The notes under the pieces were generated by a model. It was not told the origin of the DNA, did no database searches, and saw nothing but the letters and a program-made list of their open reading frames with translations. Source: an uncultured Gemmatimonadaceae bacterium (GTDB taxonomy: Bacteria > Gemmatimonadota > Gemmatimonadetes > Gemmatimonadales > Gemmatimonadaceae). From it: DNA of 32,149 nt. Every line of letters begins with the position of its first letter. The stretch's first letter is position 1. The stretch lies in assembly GCA_963822945.1 (NCBI GenBank), contig CAWGJO010000016.1:1-32149 (forward strand), written 5' to 3'. The position numbers and the translations under genes are program-made. This document shows, in pieces, positions 10,649-20,635 of this stretch.

Positions 10649-13090
10649 ATGCGAAGACTGGTTTTCCTTGCGTTCCTCGCTCTCGTGGCGACGGCGTCCG
10701 CGGCTACGGCCCAGGACGCCGGTGTCGTGGGACCGTGCACGAAGCCCGATTCGATCGAATTTCGAGGGAACACGCGGCTCGGCGCGGGCATTCTCCGTGA
10801 CGACGCAGGATTGACGGCCGGGCAGCCCCTCAACTACCGCATGCTCCAGCGGGCCATCAAGGCACTCTACGCCACGATGCAGTTCGACGACGTGCGTGCC
10901 GAGTGCGCGCCCCTCCCGGACAACAAGTCGATGCTGGTGTTCGTGGTGAAGGAGCGTCCGATGCTGGTCGACGTGGACGTGCAGGGGCCCAACAAGGTGT
11001 CGCCGGGCGACGTCCGCGACCAGGTGGATCTGCTGATCGGCCGCCCGATCGATCCGGCCCAGGTGACGCGGACGATCGTGAAGATCGATTCGCTGTACGC
11101 GAGCAAGGGGTACGCCTTTGCGCAGGTCAAGGCGGAGACGACGTTCGTGGACAGCAGCTCGGCGCGGCTCCTGTTCAACGTGGACGAGGGGCGGCGCACC
11201 GCGGTGTCCGGCATCAAGGTCGAAGGGAACAAGGCGCTGAGCGCCAAGACGATCGTCGGGGCCATGGACACGAAGCCCGAAGGCTTCTTCTTCTGGCACA
11301 AAGGGGAACTCGACAACGCCAAGCTCGCCGGAGACATCACGGAGCGGATCCCCGGGTTGTACGGCGATCGCGGGTTCATCGACATGCAGGTGGTGCGCGA
11401 CACGACGATTCTCGACCGGTCGGCGGGCAAGGCACTCGTGGACCTCAAGGTGAAGGAGGGGCCGCAGTACCACGTGGGGGATTTCTCGGTCGAGGGTAGC
11501 CGCCAGTTCTCGAGCCAGGACATCCAGAAGCTCTACCCCTTCCAGCCCCATTCGAAGACGCTCCTGCAGGCGGTGAAGTCGGTGCTCCACGTGGGGGTCG
11601 AGGCCGATCAGACGATCTTCAACCGATCGGAGTGGCAGGACGCCACGTCCAAGGTGCAGGATGCCTACGCCAACCAGGGATACATCTACGCCCAGGTGAA
11701 TCCGGTGGTCGAACGTTCCACGTCGAGTGACTCGGTGCCGACGGTGAACCTTCGGTGGGAGATCAACGAGGGGACGCCGGCCATCATCAATCGCGTGAAC
11801 ATCATCGGCAACGACGTCACGAACGAGACGTGCATCCGGCGGCAGATCGTCGTCGTGCCGGGTGACGTGTTCAACAAGGATCGTCTGGTCCAGAGCTACC
11901 AGAACATCGCCAACCTCGGGTTCTTCGAGACACCGATGCCGGAGCCGCAGGTACAGCCGGCGGACGAGCAGGGTGATGTGAACGTGACCTTCCAGGTGAA
12001 GGAGAAGCGCACCGGGAACGTCAACTTCGGTGCATCGGTGGGGCAGGGCACCGGGCTCGGCGGCTTCATCGGGTTCGACCAACCCAACCTGTTCGGCATG
12101 TGCAAGAAGGGTTCGGTCCAGTGGCAGAAGGGCCAGTACATCAACGATTTCACCATGTCGTACACCGACCCCGCGATCAAGGAATCGAGGTACTCGGGAA
12201 CGATTACCGCCTACCACTCGCAGTCGCGGTTCACCATTCAGAACATCGGCCAGAGCACGACCACCGGCGGGCAGATTCAGTTCGGCCTTCCGGTGTTCGG
12301 ATCGCGGTACACGCGCCTGTTCGTGAACTATGGCGGCGAGTCCGTGCGGTACGGGAGCGACGGGTTGGTGGGGACGATCGGGCAGTGTACGGATGCCAGC
12401 GGCCATGCCACGAGTTGCTTCCGTTCCACCGCGGGGGTGACCCTCGATCGTGATACGCGGTCGGGGATGCCGTTCCCATTCGCGGGCGTGCACCAGTCGA
12501 TCGACGTGCAGTTCAACGGGGGTCCGCTGGGCGGCACGGCGTCGTATCAGCGGGTCACCGGCGAGATGCGTTCCTATGCCACGCTGGGGCAACTCGGCGG
12601 TAGCGGCGTCGGATCGGCGCCGATGATGGTGGTGGCGGGGTTGACCACCAAGTGGGGGGCGCTGTTCGGGGATCCGGGGCCGTTCTTCGTCTCCCAATCG
12701 TTCGCGATGGGCGGGGTGCAGTACGGCGAACCGCTGCGCGGCTACGATGAATTCTCGATCACGCCGCAGGGGTATCTCCCGCAGACCAGCCAGTACTCGG
12801 CGCAACGGGCGTCGTTCGGCAACGCCTTCTTCCGGGCGACCGCCGAGTTGGGGCTGCGGCTGAATTCGCAGGTCTATGTGGACGCGTTCTACGACGCGGG
12901 CAATGTTTACGCAAAGCCGGCGGACTTCAACCCGACGCGGTTGTTCCGAGGTGTTGGCTTCGGGGCGGCTGTGGTGACACCTTTGGGGCCGTTGGGCATC
13001 GATCTGGGGTACGGCCTGGATCGCGTGGATGCGCAGGGGCGAAAGGCGCCCCAGTGGAAAGTGCACTTCAAGTTCGGACAGTTCTACTAA
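10649..13090 (+). CDS. bamA: Outer membrane protein assembly factor BamA
   Basis: Signal peptide MRRLVFLAFLALVATASAATA, five POTRA repeats (GN...Y...G[YF]...V.EG), barrel start KEKRTG, NLFG, L6 LRGY, TPLGPL, C-terminal HFKFGQFY. Confidence 0.96.
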   Translation: MRRLVFLAFLALVATASAATAQDAGVVGPCTKPDSIEFRGNTRLGAGILRDDAGLTAGQPLNYRMLQRAIKALYATMQFDDVRAECAPLPDNKSMLVFVVKERPMLVDVDVQGPNKVSPGDVRDQVDLLIGRPIDPAQVTRTIVKIDSLYASKGYAFAQVKAETTFVDSSSARLLFNVDEGRRTAVSGIKVEGNKALSAKTIVGAMDTKPEGFFFWHKGELDNAKLAGDITERIPGLYGDRGFIDMQVVRDTTILDRSAGKALVDLKVKEGPQYHVGDFSVEGSRQFSSQDIQKLYPFQPHSKTLLQAVKSVLHVGVEADQTIFNRSEWQDATSKVQDAYANQGYIYAQVNPVVERSTSSDSVPTVNLRWEINEGTPAIINRVNIIGNDVTNETCIRRQIVVVPGDVFNKDRLVQSYQNIANLGFFETPMPEPQVQPADEQGDVNVTFQVKEKRTGNVNFGASVGQGTGLGGFIGFDQPNLFGMCKKGSVQWQKGQYINDFTMSYTDPAIKESRYSGTITAYHSQSRFTIQNIGQSTTTGGQIQFGLPVFGSRYTRLFVNYGGESVRYGSDGLVGTIGQCTDASGHATSCFRSTAGVTLDRDTRSGMPFPFAGVHQSIDVQFNGGPLGGTASYQRVTGEMRSYATLGQLGGSGVGSAPMMVVAGLTTKWGALFGDPGPFFVSQSFAMGGVQYGEPLRGYDEFSITPQGYLPQTSQYSAQRASFGNAFFRATAELGLRLNSQVYVDAFYDAGNVYAKPADFNPTRLFRGVGFGAAVVTPLGPLGIDLGYGLDRVDAQGRKAPQWKVHFKFGQFY

Positions 13091-13101
13091 TCGGAGCTCC
13101 C

Positions 13102-13674
13102 ATGAATTTCAGAGTTCGTGCCGCGATCGTCACCGTCCTTGGCCTGGCCCTGTTCGCCGTGCCGGGGCGTGCTCAGCAAGCGGCGTCCCCCAAAATCGTC
13201 TACGTCAACACGCAGGCCCTGCTGGACGTCGCGCCCGGTCGCGCCGCCGCCGAGTCCACCTACAAGTCGGAGTCGACGGCGTGGAGTGACGAGCTCAGCA
13301 AGATGAGCCAGGACATCCAGTCGATGATCACCGACTACCAGAAGGCCGAGCCCGGCCTGACGGACGCCGCCAAGCAGATGCGGCAGAAGGCGATTCAGGC
13401 CAAGCAGCAGGCCTTTGCCCAGCGGCAGAATGCGCTCAACCAGCAGGCGCAGGAGCGGCAGAGCGAGTTGATGGCGCCGGTGATGCAATCGGTGAAGGAC
13501 ATGCTCGACAAGGTCCGGGACGAGAGGGGCTACTCGCTCATCCTGGACTCGCAGGCGATCGTGTCATCGGACAAGAACCTCGACATCACCGACGATGTCG
13601 TGGCGCGGCTCAAGATCGCCGCGGCGGCGAAGAAGGATTCGGCCGCGAAGCCCCCGGTGAAGAAGAAGCAGTAA
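13102..13674 (+). CDS. skp: Periplasmic chaperone Skp/OmpH
   Basis: GGAG SD, signal peptide, KIVYVN, Q-rich coiled coil, GYSLILD, DITDDVVARL; located between bamA and lpxD. Confidence 0.92.
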   Translation: MNFRVRAAIVTVLGLALFAVPGRAQQAASPKIVYVNTQALLDVAPGRAAAESTYKSESTAWSDELSKMSQDIQSMITDYQKAEPGLTDAAKQMRQKAIQAKQQAFAQRQNALNQQAQERQSELMAPVMQSVKDMLDKVRDERGYSLILDSQAIVSSDKNLDITDDVVARLKIAAAAKKDSAAKPPVKKKQ

Positions 13675-13686
13675 CGGCGGGCACGC

Positions 13687-14757
13687 GTGACCACCGAACG
13701 GCACACGCACGACGACGGCGGTGAGGGCGGACACGCTCTCACCGCCGATGCTATCGCCCGCCTGGTCGGTGGCGAGCTGCGCGGCGATGGCGCGGCCATG
13801 GTCGCGTCCATCGCGGCCCTCGATCGGGCGCGCGTCGATCAACTCAGCTTCTGCGGGTCGGCCAAGTACGGGCCGCTGATGGAAGGGTCGCGGGCCGGCG
13901 TCGTGCTGGTTTCGCCGCAGACGGCCGACCTGCCCTCGCCGGCGCCGGCGCGCATCGTGGTCGGGAACCCCCACGACGCCCTGCTTTCCCTGATTCCGCG
14001 ATTCTATCGGCTGCCGGCGCGGACGCCCGGCATTCATCCCACCGCCATCCTGGGCCGCGGGGTCACGCTCGGTGCGGAGCCGAGCATCGGCCCGTACGTC
14101 GTGCTGGGGGACGGCGCGGAGCTCGGAGACCGGGTGACCGTGGACGCCACCACCGTGGTGGGGGCAGGCGCGGTGCTCGGGGACGATGTGCACCTGTACC
14201 CGGGCGTCACGGTGTACGCACACGCTCGACTGGGGAAGCGCGTGGTGGCGCATTCGGGCGTCCGGATCGGCTCCGACGGGTTCGGGTACGTGTTTCGTGA
14301 GGGCCGTCATCAGAAGATCCCGCACGTGGGCGGCTGCGTCATCGAGGATGACGTGGAGATCGGTGCCAATTCGACCATCGACCGCGGCAGCATCGATGAC
14401 ACCGTCGTCGGGGCGGGCACGAAGATCGACAACCTGGTACAGATCGGACACAACGTGCGGGTGGGCCGGCTCTGCCTGCTGATGTCGCAGGTGGGGGTGG
14501 CGGGCAGCGTGCGCATTGAAGACGGCTGCATCATCGCCGGCCAGGTGGGCATTTCCGGCCATCACACCATCGGGACGGGCGCGACGGTAGCGGCGCAGGC
14601 GGGTGTGTTCGGCGACATTCCGGCGGGCGAGACCTGGTCAGGGTACCCGGCGCGCCCGCACAAGGAAGCGCTCCGGGCGCAGGCGGCGCTGTTCAAGCTC
14701 TCTGGACTGTTGCGACGGATCGAGCGGCTCCTGGCGCGATCGGACGGCGACGCATGA
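13687..14757 (+). CDS. lpxD: UDP-3-O-(3-hydroxyacyl)glucosamine N-acyltransferase
   Basis: Hexapeptide repeats, [36 protein letters not shown]. The exact start (GTG13687) is uncertain. Confidence 0.95.
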   Translation: MTTERHTHDDGGEGGHALTADAIARLVGGELRGDGAAMVASIAALDRARVDQLSFCGSAKYGPLMEGSRAGVVLVSPQTADLPSPAPARIVVGNPHDALLSLIPRFYRLPARTPGIHPTAILGRGVTLGAEPSIGPYVVLGDGAELGDRVTVDATTVVGAGAVLGDDVHLYPGVTVYAHARLGKRVVAHSGVRIGSDGFGYVFREGRHQKIPHVGGCVIEDDVEIGANSTIDRGSIDDTVVGAGTKIDNLVQIGHNVRVGRLCLLMSQVGVAGSVRIEDGCIIAGQVGISGHHTIGTGATVAAQAGVFGDIPAGETWSGYPARPHKEALRAQAALFKLSGLLRRIERLLARSDGDA

Positions 14758-16022
14758 GACGGCGGACGATTGCTCATCCGAAGTCGGTGGAGGGAGTGGG
14801 GCTGCATCTCGGCGTGGAGTGCTGCCTGACTTTCCAGCCGGCACCGAGTGGGCAGGGGATCGTGTTCGTGCGCGGCGATCTGCCGGGCCGGCCACGGATA
14901 CCGGCGACGATCGACACGGCCGTCCTGACGGAGCGGCGAACGCAGATCGGGCAGGATCCCGAGTCGGTGCACACGGTGGAGCACGTGCTGGCGGCGGTCG
15001 GGGCACTCGGAATCGACGACCTGACGATCGAGTTGTCCGGCCCCGAGCCGCCGATCATGGACGGGAGCGCGTCGCCGTTCGTGGAGGCGCTGGCCGGGGC
15101 GGGGATCGCGCAGCAGCCGGGGATCGCCCAGTATTGGGAGTTGGAGGAGCCGGTGCGGATGGTGGACGGGGAGTCGGTCTACGAGGCCTATCCGGCCGAC
15201 GCCCTCGAACTGGACGTCACGATCGACTTTCCCCACCCGCTCATCGGCCGGCAGCGCTGGGTGTCGGCCGTGGATGAGCGGGTGTTCACGGCGGAACTGG
15301 CGCCGGCGCGGACGTTCGGCTTCACCCGCGAGGTCGAGGCGCTGCGGGGCATGGGGCTGATTCGCGGGGCGTCGACGCAGAATGCGCTCGTGCTCGACGA
15401 ATCCGCGGTGGTGGAGAACACGTTGCGCTGGCCGGACGAGTTCGTGCGGCACAAGGCGATGGACTGTGTGGGAGACCTGACGCTGGCTGGGGCGCGGGTG
15501 CGCGCCCGCGTGGTGGCCGTGAAGCCGAGCCATCGCGGAACCGTGCGATTCGTGCGCGCGATGCGCGACGCGCTGAAGAAGGAGAAGACCGTGCTGGAGA
15601 TCGACGACATCATCAAGGTGCTGCCCCACCGATATCCGTTTCTGCTCGTGGATCGCGTGCTGGAAATGGAGCCGCGCAAGCGGATCGTGGGGCTGAAGAA
15701 CGTGACGATCAACGAGCCCTTCTTTCAGGGGCACTTTCCGGGCCACCCGATCATGCCCGGGGTGTTGATCATCGAAGCGATGGCCCAGGTGGGCGGCATG
15801 CTCCTCATGGGCGCGGTCCCGAATCCGGAAAACAAGGTGGTGTACTTCACGTCGCTCGACAACGTGAAGTGGCGCCGGCCGGTCCGTCCGGGCGACCAGC
15901 TGCGCTTCGAACTGGAGTTGCTCCAGATCCGCGGGCCGATGTGCAAGATGAACGGGGTGGCGAAGGTGGACGGCGAGATCGTGGCCGAGGCGCAGATGGG
16001 CGCCATGGTGCGCGACCGATGA
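14754..16022 (+). CDS. lpxC-fabZ: Bifunctional LpxC (UDP-3-O-acyl-GlcNAc deacetylase) / FabZ (3-hydroxyacyl-ACP dehydratase) fusion
   Basis: LpxC motifs GVGLH.G, TVEH, P.MDGSA, APARTFG, HKAMD; FabZ motifs [29 protein letters not shown]. Confidence 0.95.
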   Translation: MRRRTIAHPKSVEGVGLHLGVECCLTFQPAPSGQGIVFVRGDLPGRPRIPATIDTAVLTERRTQIGQDPESVHTVEHVLAAVGALGIDDLTIELSGPEPPIMDGSASPFVEALAGAGIAQQPGIAQYWELEEPVRMVDGESVYEAYPADALELDVTIDFPHPLIGRQRWVSAVDERVFTAELAPARTFGFTREVEALRGMGLIRGASTQNALVLDESAVVENTLRWPDEFVRHKAMDCVGDLTLAGARVRARVVAVKPSHRGTVRFVRAMRDALKKEKTVLEIDDIIKVLPHRYPFLLVDRVLEMEPRKRIVGLKNVTINEPFFQGHFPGHPIMPGVLIIEAMAQVGGMLLMGAVPNPENKVVYFTSLDNVKWRRPVRPGDQLRFELELLQIRGPMCKMNGVAKVDGEIVAEAQMGAMVRDR

Positions 16023-16795
16023 CCACCGTCATCCACCCCACCGCCATCGTCGCGGCGGACGCGAAGATCGGCGACGACGTGGAGATCGGCCCGTGGTCGA
16101 TCATCGGGGAAGACTGCGTGATCGGCGAGGGGTGCAAGCTGGCTGCGCGTACGGTGCTGGAGCGCCACGTGATTCTCGCGCCGCGGGTGAAGATCGGCAT
16201 CGGCTCGATTCTGGGCGGCGACCCGCAGGACCTCAAGTTCAAGGGGGAGCGCACGACCGTGGAGATCGGCGAGGACACCGTGATTCGCGAGTACGTGACG
16301 ATCAACCGCGGCACGAGCCAGTCGTTCAAGACGACGGTCGGCACGGGCTGTTTCGTGATGTCGTACGTCCACCTGGCCCACGACTGCCACGTGGGGAACA
16401 ACGTGATCCTCGGCAACAACGTGCAGTTCGCGGGGCACGTGACCGTGCACGACCGCGCGATCGTGTCGGGGCAGAGCGCGGCGCATCAGTTCGTGAAGAT
16501 CGGCGCGTACGCGTTCATCGGCGGCTGCTCGCGCATCGCCAAAGACATTCCGCCGTACGTGAAGGCGGTGGGCAACCCGATCAAGCTGTACGGGCTGAAC
16601 AGCGTGGGGCTGCAGCGGAACAACTTTCCTGAACCGGTGGTCCGCGAATTGAAGCGCGCCTACCGGATGTTCTTCAAATCGGAACTCAACCTGTCGCAGG
16701 CCAGGGCCAAGGCGCAGAACGAACTCCAGCAGTATCCGGAGGTCGAGACCTTCCTGCAATTCCTGGACGACAGTGACCGGGGAGTCGTGGTGTGA
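16019..16795 (+). CDS. lpxA: Acyl-ACP--UDP-N-acetylglucosamine(-3N) acyltransferase
   Basis: IHPTAIV, GGDPQDLKF, IREYVTINRGT, HLAHDC, HQF, KDIPPY, GLN.VGL.R. Confidence 0.96.
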   Translation: MTTVIHPTAIVAADAKIGDDVEIGPWSIIGEDCVIGEGCKLAARTVLERHVILAPRVKIGIGSILGGDPQDLKFKGERTTVEIGEDTVIREYVTINRGTSQSFKTTVGTGCFVMSYVHLAHDCHVGNNVILGNNVQFAGHVTVHDRAIVSGQSAAHQFVKIGAYAFIGGCSRIAKDIPPYVKAVGNPIKLYGLNSVGLQRNNFPEPVVRELKRAYRMFFKSELNLSQARAKAQNELQQYPEVETFLQFLDDSDRGVVV

Positions 16796-17793
16796 ACACC
16801 GTGAGAATGGGAGTGATCGGGGCCGGGGCGCTCGGATTCCACCACGTGCGAATCCTCCGCGGCATGGAGGGCGTGGCGTTCGCCGGATTCTACGAGGCGA
16901 ACGGCGATCGCGCGGTGCAGGTGACCAAGGAACTCGGCGTGCCCTCGTTCCCGAGCGTCGAGGCGTTGCTCGACGTGGTGGACGCGGCGACGGTCGTGGT
17001 GCCGACGCCGGCGCACTATGCCGTGGCCAAAGTGGCGCTCGCGCGTGGCAAGCATCTGCTGATCGAGAAGCCGATCGCCGCCACGCTGGCCCAAGCCGAC
17101 GAGCTGGTGACGATCGCCCGGGACAACGGGGCGCTCATCCAGACGGGGCACGTGGAGCGGTTCAACCGCGCGATCCGGGCGGCGCTGCCGTTCGTGGATG
17201 CGCCGCGGTTCATCGAGAGCGACCGGCTGGCGCCGTTCAACCCCCGTGGGTCGGACGTCGCGGTGGTGCTCGATCTGATGATCCACGACATCGATCTGGT
17301 CCGGACGCTGGTCGGCGGACCGGTGGCGGGCCTGAGCGCGGTGGGGATTCCGGTGCTCACGCCGTTCGTGGACATCGCGAACGCGCGGCTGGAGTTCGCA
17401 TCGGGCGCCGTGGCGAACATCACGGCCAGCCGGGTGTCGCGGGACCGTACCCGGAAGCTCCGCATCTTTCAGAAGAGCGGGTATCTGTCGCTGGATCTGG
17501 GAGCGGGGAACGGCGAGTTCTACCGGTTGCGGACCGATGTGGATCTGGCCGAGTTGGCGAAGGCCGCAGCCTCGGTGGAGGCGTTCGTGGAGCGCGTGCC
17601 GCTGGAGGCGCCGGAGGGCGAGCCGTTGCGGCTCGAGTTCGACAGCTTCCTGCAGGCGGTGCGCGGCGAGGCCCCCGTGATGGTGAGCGGCGAGGATGGG
17701 CGCGAGGCGCTCGCCGTGGCGCTGCGCATCGTGGGCGAGATCGAGCGAACGCTGCCGGCGCTCAAGGGCGCCGGAGTCGTCTCGGGTGCGTGA
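16792..17793 (+). CDS. gnnA: Gfo/Idh/MocA NAD-dependent oxidoreductase, probable UDP-GlcNAc 3-dehydrogenase GnnA
   Basis: GAGALG, EKP, GHVERFN, DLMIHDID, ANITASRVS. Its position between lpxA and lpxB matches gnnA loci. The family call is secure; the GnnA function is inferred. Confidence 0.7.
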   Translation: MNTVRMGVIGAGALGFHHVRILRGMEGVAFAGFYEANGDRAVQVTKELGVPSFPSVEALLDVVDAATVVVPTPAHYAVAKVALARGKHLLIEKPIAATLAQADELVTIARDNGALIQTGHVERFNRAIRAALPFVDAPRFIESDRLAPFNPRGSDVAVVLDLMIHDIDLVRTLVGGPVAGLSAVGIPVLTPFVDIANARLEFASGAVANITASRVSRDRTRKLRIFQKSGYLSLDLGAGNGEFYRLRTDVDLAELAKAAASVEAFVERVPLEAPEGEPLRLEFDSFLQAVRGEAPVMVSGEDGREALAVALRIVGEIERTLPALKGAGVVSGA

Positions 17794-18916
17794 GGTGTTG
17801 ATCGTCGCCGGAGAAGCCTCCGGCGATCTGCACGCGTCGGGGGTGGCGCGCGAGTTGACGCGCCGGCGGGCGCCCTTCCATCTGGTCGGCATCGGCGGCG
17901 ACCAGATGGGCGAGGCCGGGGTGGAGTTGCTCGAGCACGCCGACAATCTGGCCGTCATGGGCTTCGTGGAGGTGCTGCGGCACCTGCCGCGGCACTGGGC
18001 GCTGTTGCGCCGGCTCGGCGCGCGCATTCGCAGCGGAAACGTGGCGCTCGTCGTGCTGATCGATTATCCCGGTTTCAACATGAAGGTGGCCAAGATCGCC
18101 GCCGACGCCGGGGTCCCGGTGCTCTACTACATCACGCCGCAAGTGTGGGCCTGGGGCGCCGGCCGGTTGGACAAGCTCGCCCGCTGGGTGACGCGCGCGG
18201 CGGTGATCCTTCCCTTCGAGCAGCAGTTGCTGGCCGACCATGGAATCGACGCGACGTTCGTGGGGCATCCGCTGCTGGATCGGGCCGCGGCGTTGCCGGA
18301 CAAGGCCGCGGCCCGGCAGACACTCGGGCTGGCTCCCGACGCGCCGGTGCTGGCACTCTTTCCCGGCAGTCGCGAGCAGGAGATCCTGCGCCATCTGGAC
18401 GACTTCGTGCGGGTCGCAAACGAACTGAAACGGCGCGACCCGCGGCTCCAGGTGGTGGTGAGCGTGGCCCCCACGATCGATCTCGATCCGGCGCGCTGCC
18501 CGTTTCCCATGGTGCATTCGGCGTCGTTCACCGTGCTCCGTGCCGCGGATGCCGCGATGTGCAAGAGCGGTACGACGACTCTCGAGGCGGCGGTCGCCGG
18601 GTGCCCGCTGGTGGTGGCGTACCGCACGAGTGGGATCACGTACGCGCTGGCCCGCCGCCTGGTGCGGATCCCCCATATCGGGCTGGTGAACGTGGTGGCG
18701 GGCCGCGAAGTGGCGCCGGAATTCGTGCAGGACGCGCTCAGGCCGGCGGCGGTGGCCGACGCGCTGGAGCCGCTGCTGCGGCCGGGCAGTGCCGAGCGCG
18801 ACGCCATGCTGTCCGGGCTGGCCGACGTGCGGGGAGCCCTGGGGTCGCCGGGCGCCGCGGGGCGGGTGGCCGAGATGGTGGAAGCGCTGGCCCGTGGAGG
18901 CGGCACGGCGCGATGA
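17786..18916 (+). CDS. lpxB: Lipid-A-disaccharide synthase
   Basis: AGEASGDLH, VMGF.EV, IDYPGFN, PQVWAW, ILPFE, FVGHPL, PGSR, SGT.TLE. GTG start at 17786. Confidence 0.96.
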   Translation: MREVLIVAGEASGDLHASGVARELTRRRAPFHLVGIGGDQMGEAGVELLEHADNLAVMGFVEVLRHLPRHWALLRRLGARIRSGNVALVVLIDYPGFNMKVAKIAADAGVPVLYYITPQVWAWGAGRLDKLARWVTRAAVILPFEQQLLADHGIDATFVGHPLLDRAAALPDKAAARQTLGLAPDAPVLALFPGSREQEILRHLDDFVRVANELKRRDPRLQVVVSVAPTIDLDPARCPFPMVHSASFTVLRAADAAMCKSGTTTLEAAVAGCPLVVAYRTSGITYALARRLVRIPHIGLVNVVAGREVAPEFVQDALRPAAVADALEPLLRPGSAERDAMLSGLADVRGALGSPGAAGRVAEMVEALARGGGTAR

Positions 18917-19575
18917 TCAACCCCGGCGCCGATTGGAGAACGCGGTGGACTGCGCGGATCGGCGCCCGCCTGGTCTGGATCCTCGCGCGGACGTGGCGCG
19001 TGCGCTACGTGAATGGCGCGGAGTTGGACGAGGCGCGGCGGCAGCAGCTCCCGGTCATCTATGCGATCTGGCACGGGCAACTGCTCCCGGCGCTGTGGAG
19101 CCACCGCGGGCGCAACATCAGCGTCCTGATCAGCGAGCATCGGGACGGAGAGATCATCGCCCGCGTGGCCCATTTCCTGGGATTCCGCACCGTCCGCGGC
19201 TCCACCACCCGCGGGGCGAGCCGGGCGTTGATCGGGCTGGTGCGGGAACTGGACGCCGGCTACTCCATCGCGATCACCCCCGACGGCCCGAAGGGACCGT
19301 ACCACACCTTCGCCGCCGGCACCCTGTTGGTTGCTCAGCGCTCCAAGTGTCCGGTCCTTCCCGTGGGAATCCATGCATCGCGTGCCTGGCGGCTGAACAG
19401 TTGGGACCGGTTCGTGCTGCCCAAGCCATTCGCCCGGATCACGGTGAACTACGAGCCGTTCATGGCGGCGCCCGCCGTGAATCCCAAAGCCCTCGCCGAC
19501 GAGACGCCGCGATTCCGGGACGCGCTCGACGCCGCGTTGGCGAGGGCCGAAGAAGAGGGGAAGGGGCGGACGTGA
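18913..19575 (+). CDS. DUF374 / lysophospholipid-acyltransferase-family protein (LpxJ-like lipid A secondary acyltransferase)
   Basis: WHG, ISEHRDGE, VRGS, TPDGPKGP, SWDRF.LPKPF; coupled between lpxB and lpxK. Confidence 0.85.
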   Translation: MINPGADWRTRWTARIGARLVWILARTWRVRYVNGAELDEARRQQLPVIYAIWHGQLLPALWSHRGRNISVLISEHRDGEIIARVAHFLGFRTVRGSTTRGASRALIGLVRELDAGYSIAITPDGPKGPYHTFAAGTLLVAQRSKCPVLPVGIHASRAWRLNSWDRFVLPKPFARITVNYEPFMAAPAVNPKALADETPRFRDALDAALARAEEEGKGRT

Positions 19576-20609
19576 GCCGCGCGATCGTGAATCGCATCTG
19601 GTTCGGCGAGGGGGCGCTGGCGCGCGCCGGCCGCGCGGTGCTCTGGCTTCCGGCGCGGATCTTCGCGGCCGGAGTCGGCACGCGGAACCGACTGTTCGAT
19701 CGCGGCGTGCTGCCGGTCCACCGGGGGCCGATACCGGCCATCTCGGTTGGGAACATCACCGTGGGCGGCACGGGAAAGACGCCGGTGGCCGCGTGGCTGG
19801 CAGGCGAGTTGGCCCGCCGCGGGGCCCGTCCGGCGGTGGTGCTCCGGGGCTACGGAGCGGACGAGCCGGCGGTCCATGCCCGGTTGAACCCCGAGGTGCC
19901 CGTGGTGGTGGACGTCGATCGTGTGGCGGGGGTGAGGCGCGCGGCCGCGCTCGGCGCGGATGTCGCCGTTCTGGACGACGCATTCCAGCACCGGCGGGCG
20001 GCGCGGACGGCCGACGTGGTGCTCGTGTCGGCGGAACGCGGGCTCGGGCGCGCCCGTCTGCTCCCCGCGGGCCCCTTCCGGGAGCCCACGGCGGCGTTGC
20101 GGCGCGCGTCGCTGGTGGTGGTCACCCGCAAGACGGCCACGCCCGGGCAGGCAGGCGCCGTGCTCGAAGCGGCCCGGGCGGCGTCGGGACGCGAGGGGGC
20201 GATCCTGGGCCTGCAGCCGGACTCCCTGGTCGCGCTGGCGGGCGGCGAGGTGCATCCGCTGACGGCGGTAGCCGGGCGCCGGGTGATGCTCATCACCGGG
20301 GTGGGCGAACCGGGACTCGTGGCTGCCCAATTGACGGCGGCAGGCGCTTCGGTGACGTTGCGGGCGTTTCCGGACCATCACGCGTTCACGGACCAGGAAC
20401 TGGCGGCGGCCGGTGAGGCCGCCAACCGGGCCGACTTCGCGGTGTGCACGCTGAAGGACGCGGTCAAGATTTCGGCCCGGTGGCCTGGCTCCGTGCCGTT
20501 ATGGTATGTTTCACAGCGAGTGATCGTCGAACGGGGTGTGGAGCACGTGGATGGAATACTGGAGCGGATGGTCGCAGCGATCACTCACAATCCTTCAACC
20601 GCCGGTTGA
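19572..20609 (+). CDS. lpxK: Tetraacyldisaccharide 4'-kinase
   Basis: [50 protein letters not shown] start at 19572. Confidence 0.95.
   Translation: MSRAIVNRIWFGEGALARAGRAVLWLPARIFAAGVGTRNRLFDRGVLPVHRGPIPAISVGNITVGGTGKTPVAAWLAGELARRGARPAVVLRGYGADEPAVHARLNPEVPVVVDVDRVAGVRRAAALGADVAVLDDAFQHRRAARTADVVLVSAERGLGRARLLPAGPFREPTAALRRASLVVVTRKTATPGQAGAVLEAARAASGREGAILGLQPDSLVALAGGEVHPLTAVAGRRVMLITGVGEPGLVAAQLTAAGASVTLRAFPDHHAFTDQELAAAGEAANRADFAVCTLKDAVKISARWPGSVPLWYVSQRVIVERGVEHVDGILERMVAAITHNPSTAG
20502..20510 (+). promoter_or_regulatory. Putative extended -10 promoter (TG-G-TATGTT) inside the lpxK 3' end, for gdhA
   Basis: Matches TGnTAnnnT in a locally AT-richer stretch about 125 nt upstream of ATG20636. 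Confidence 0.4.
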
Positions 20610-20635
20610 GTGGCGCCGGTTCATTTCCGATACCG

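Noticed and set aside
10583..13066. 827-aa antisense ORF opposite bamA, and similar long minus-strand or alternate-frame ORFs (e.g. 22476-24236, 24016-25794, 30071-31567)
   Set aside because: Shadow ORFs expected from high GC3 codon bias; Arg/Pro/His-rich, no motifs, and fully overlapping well-supported genes.
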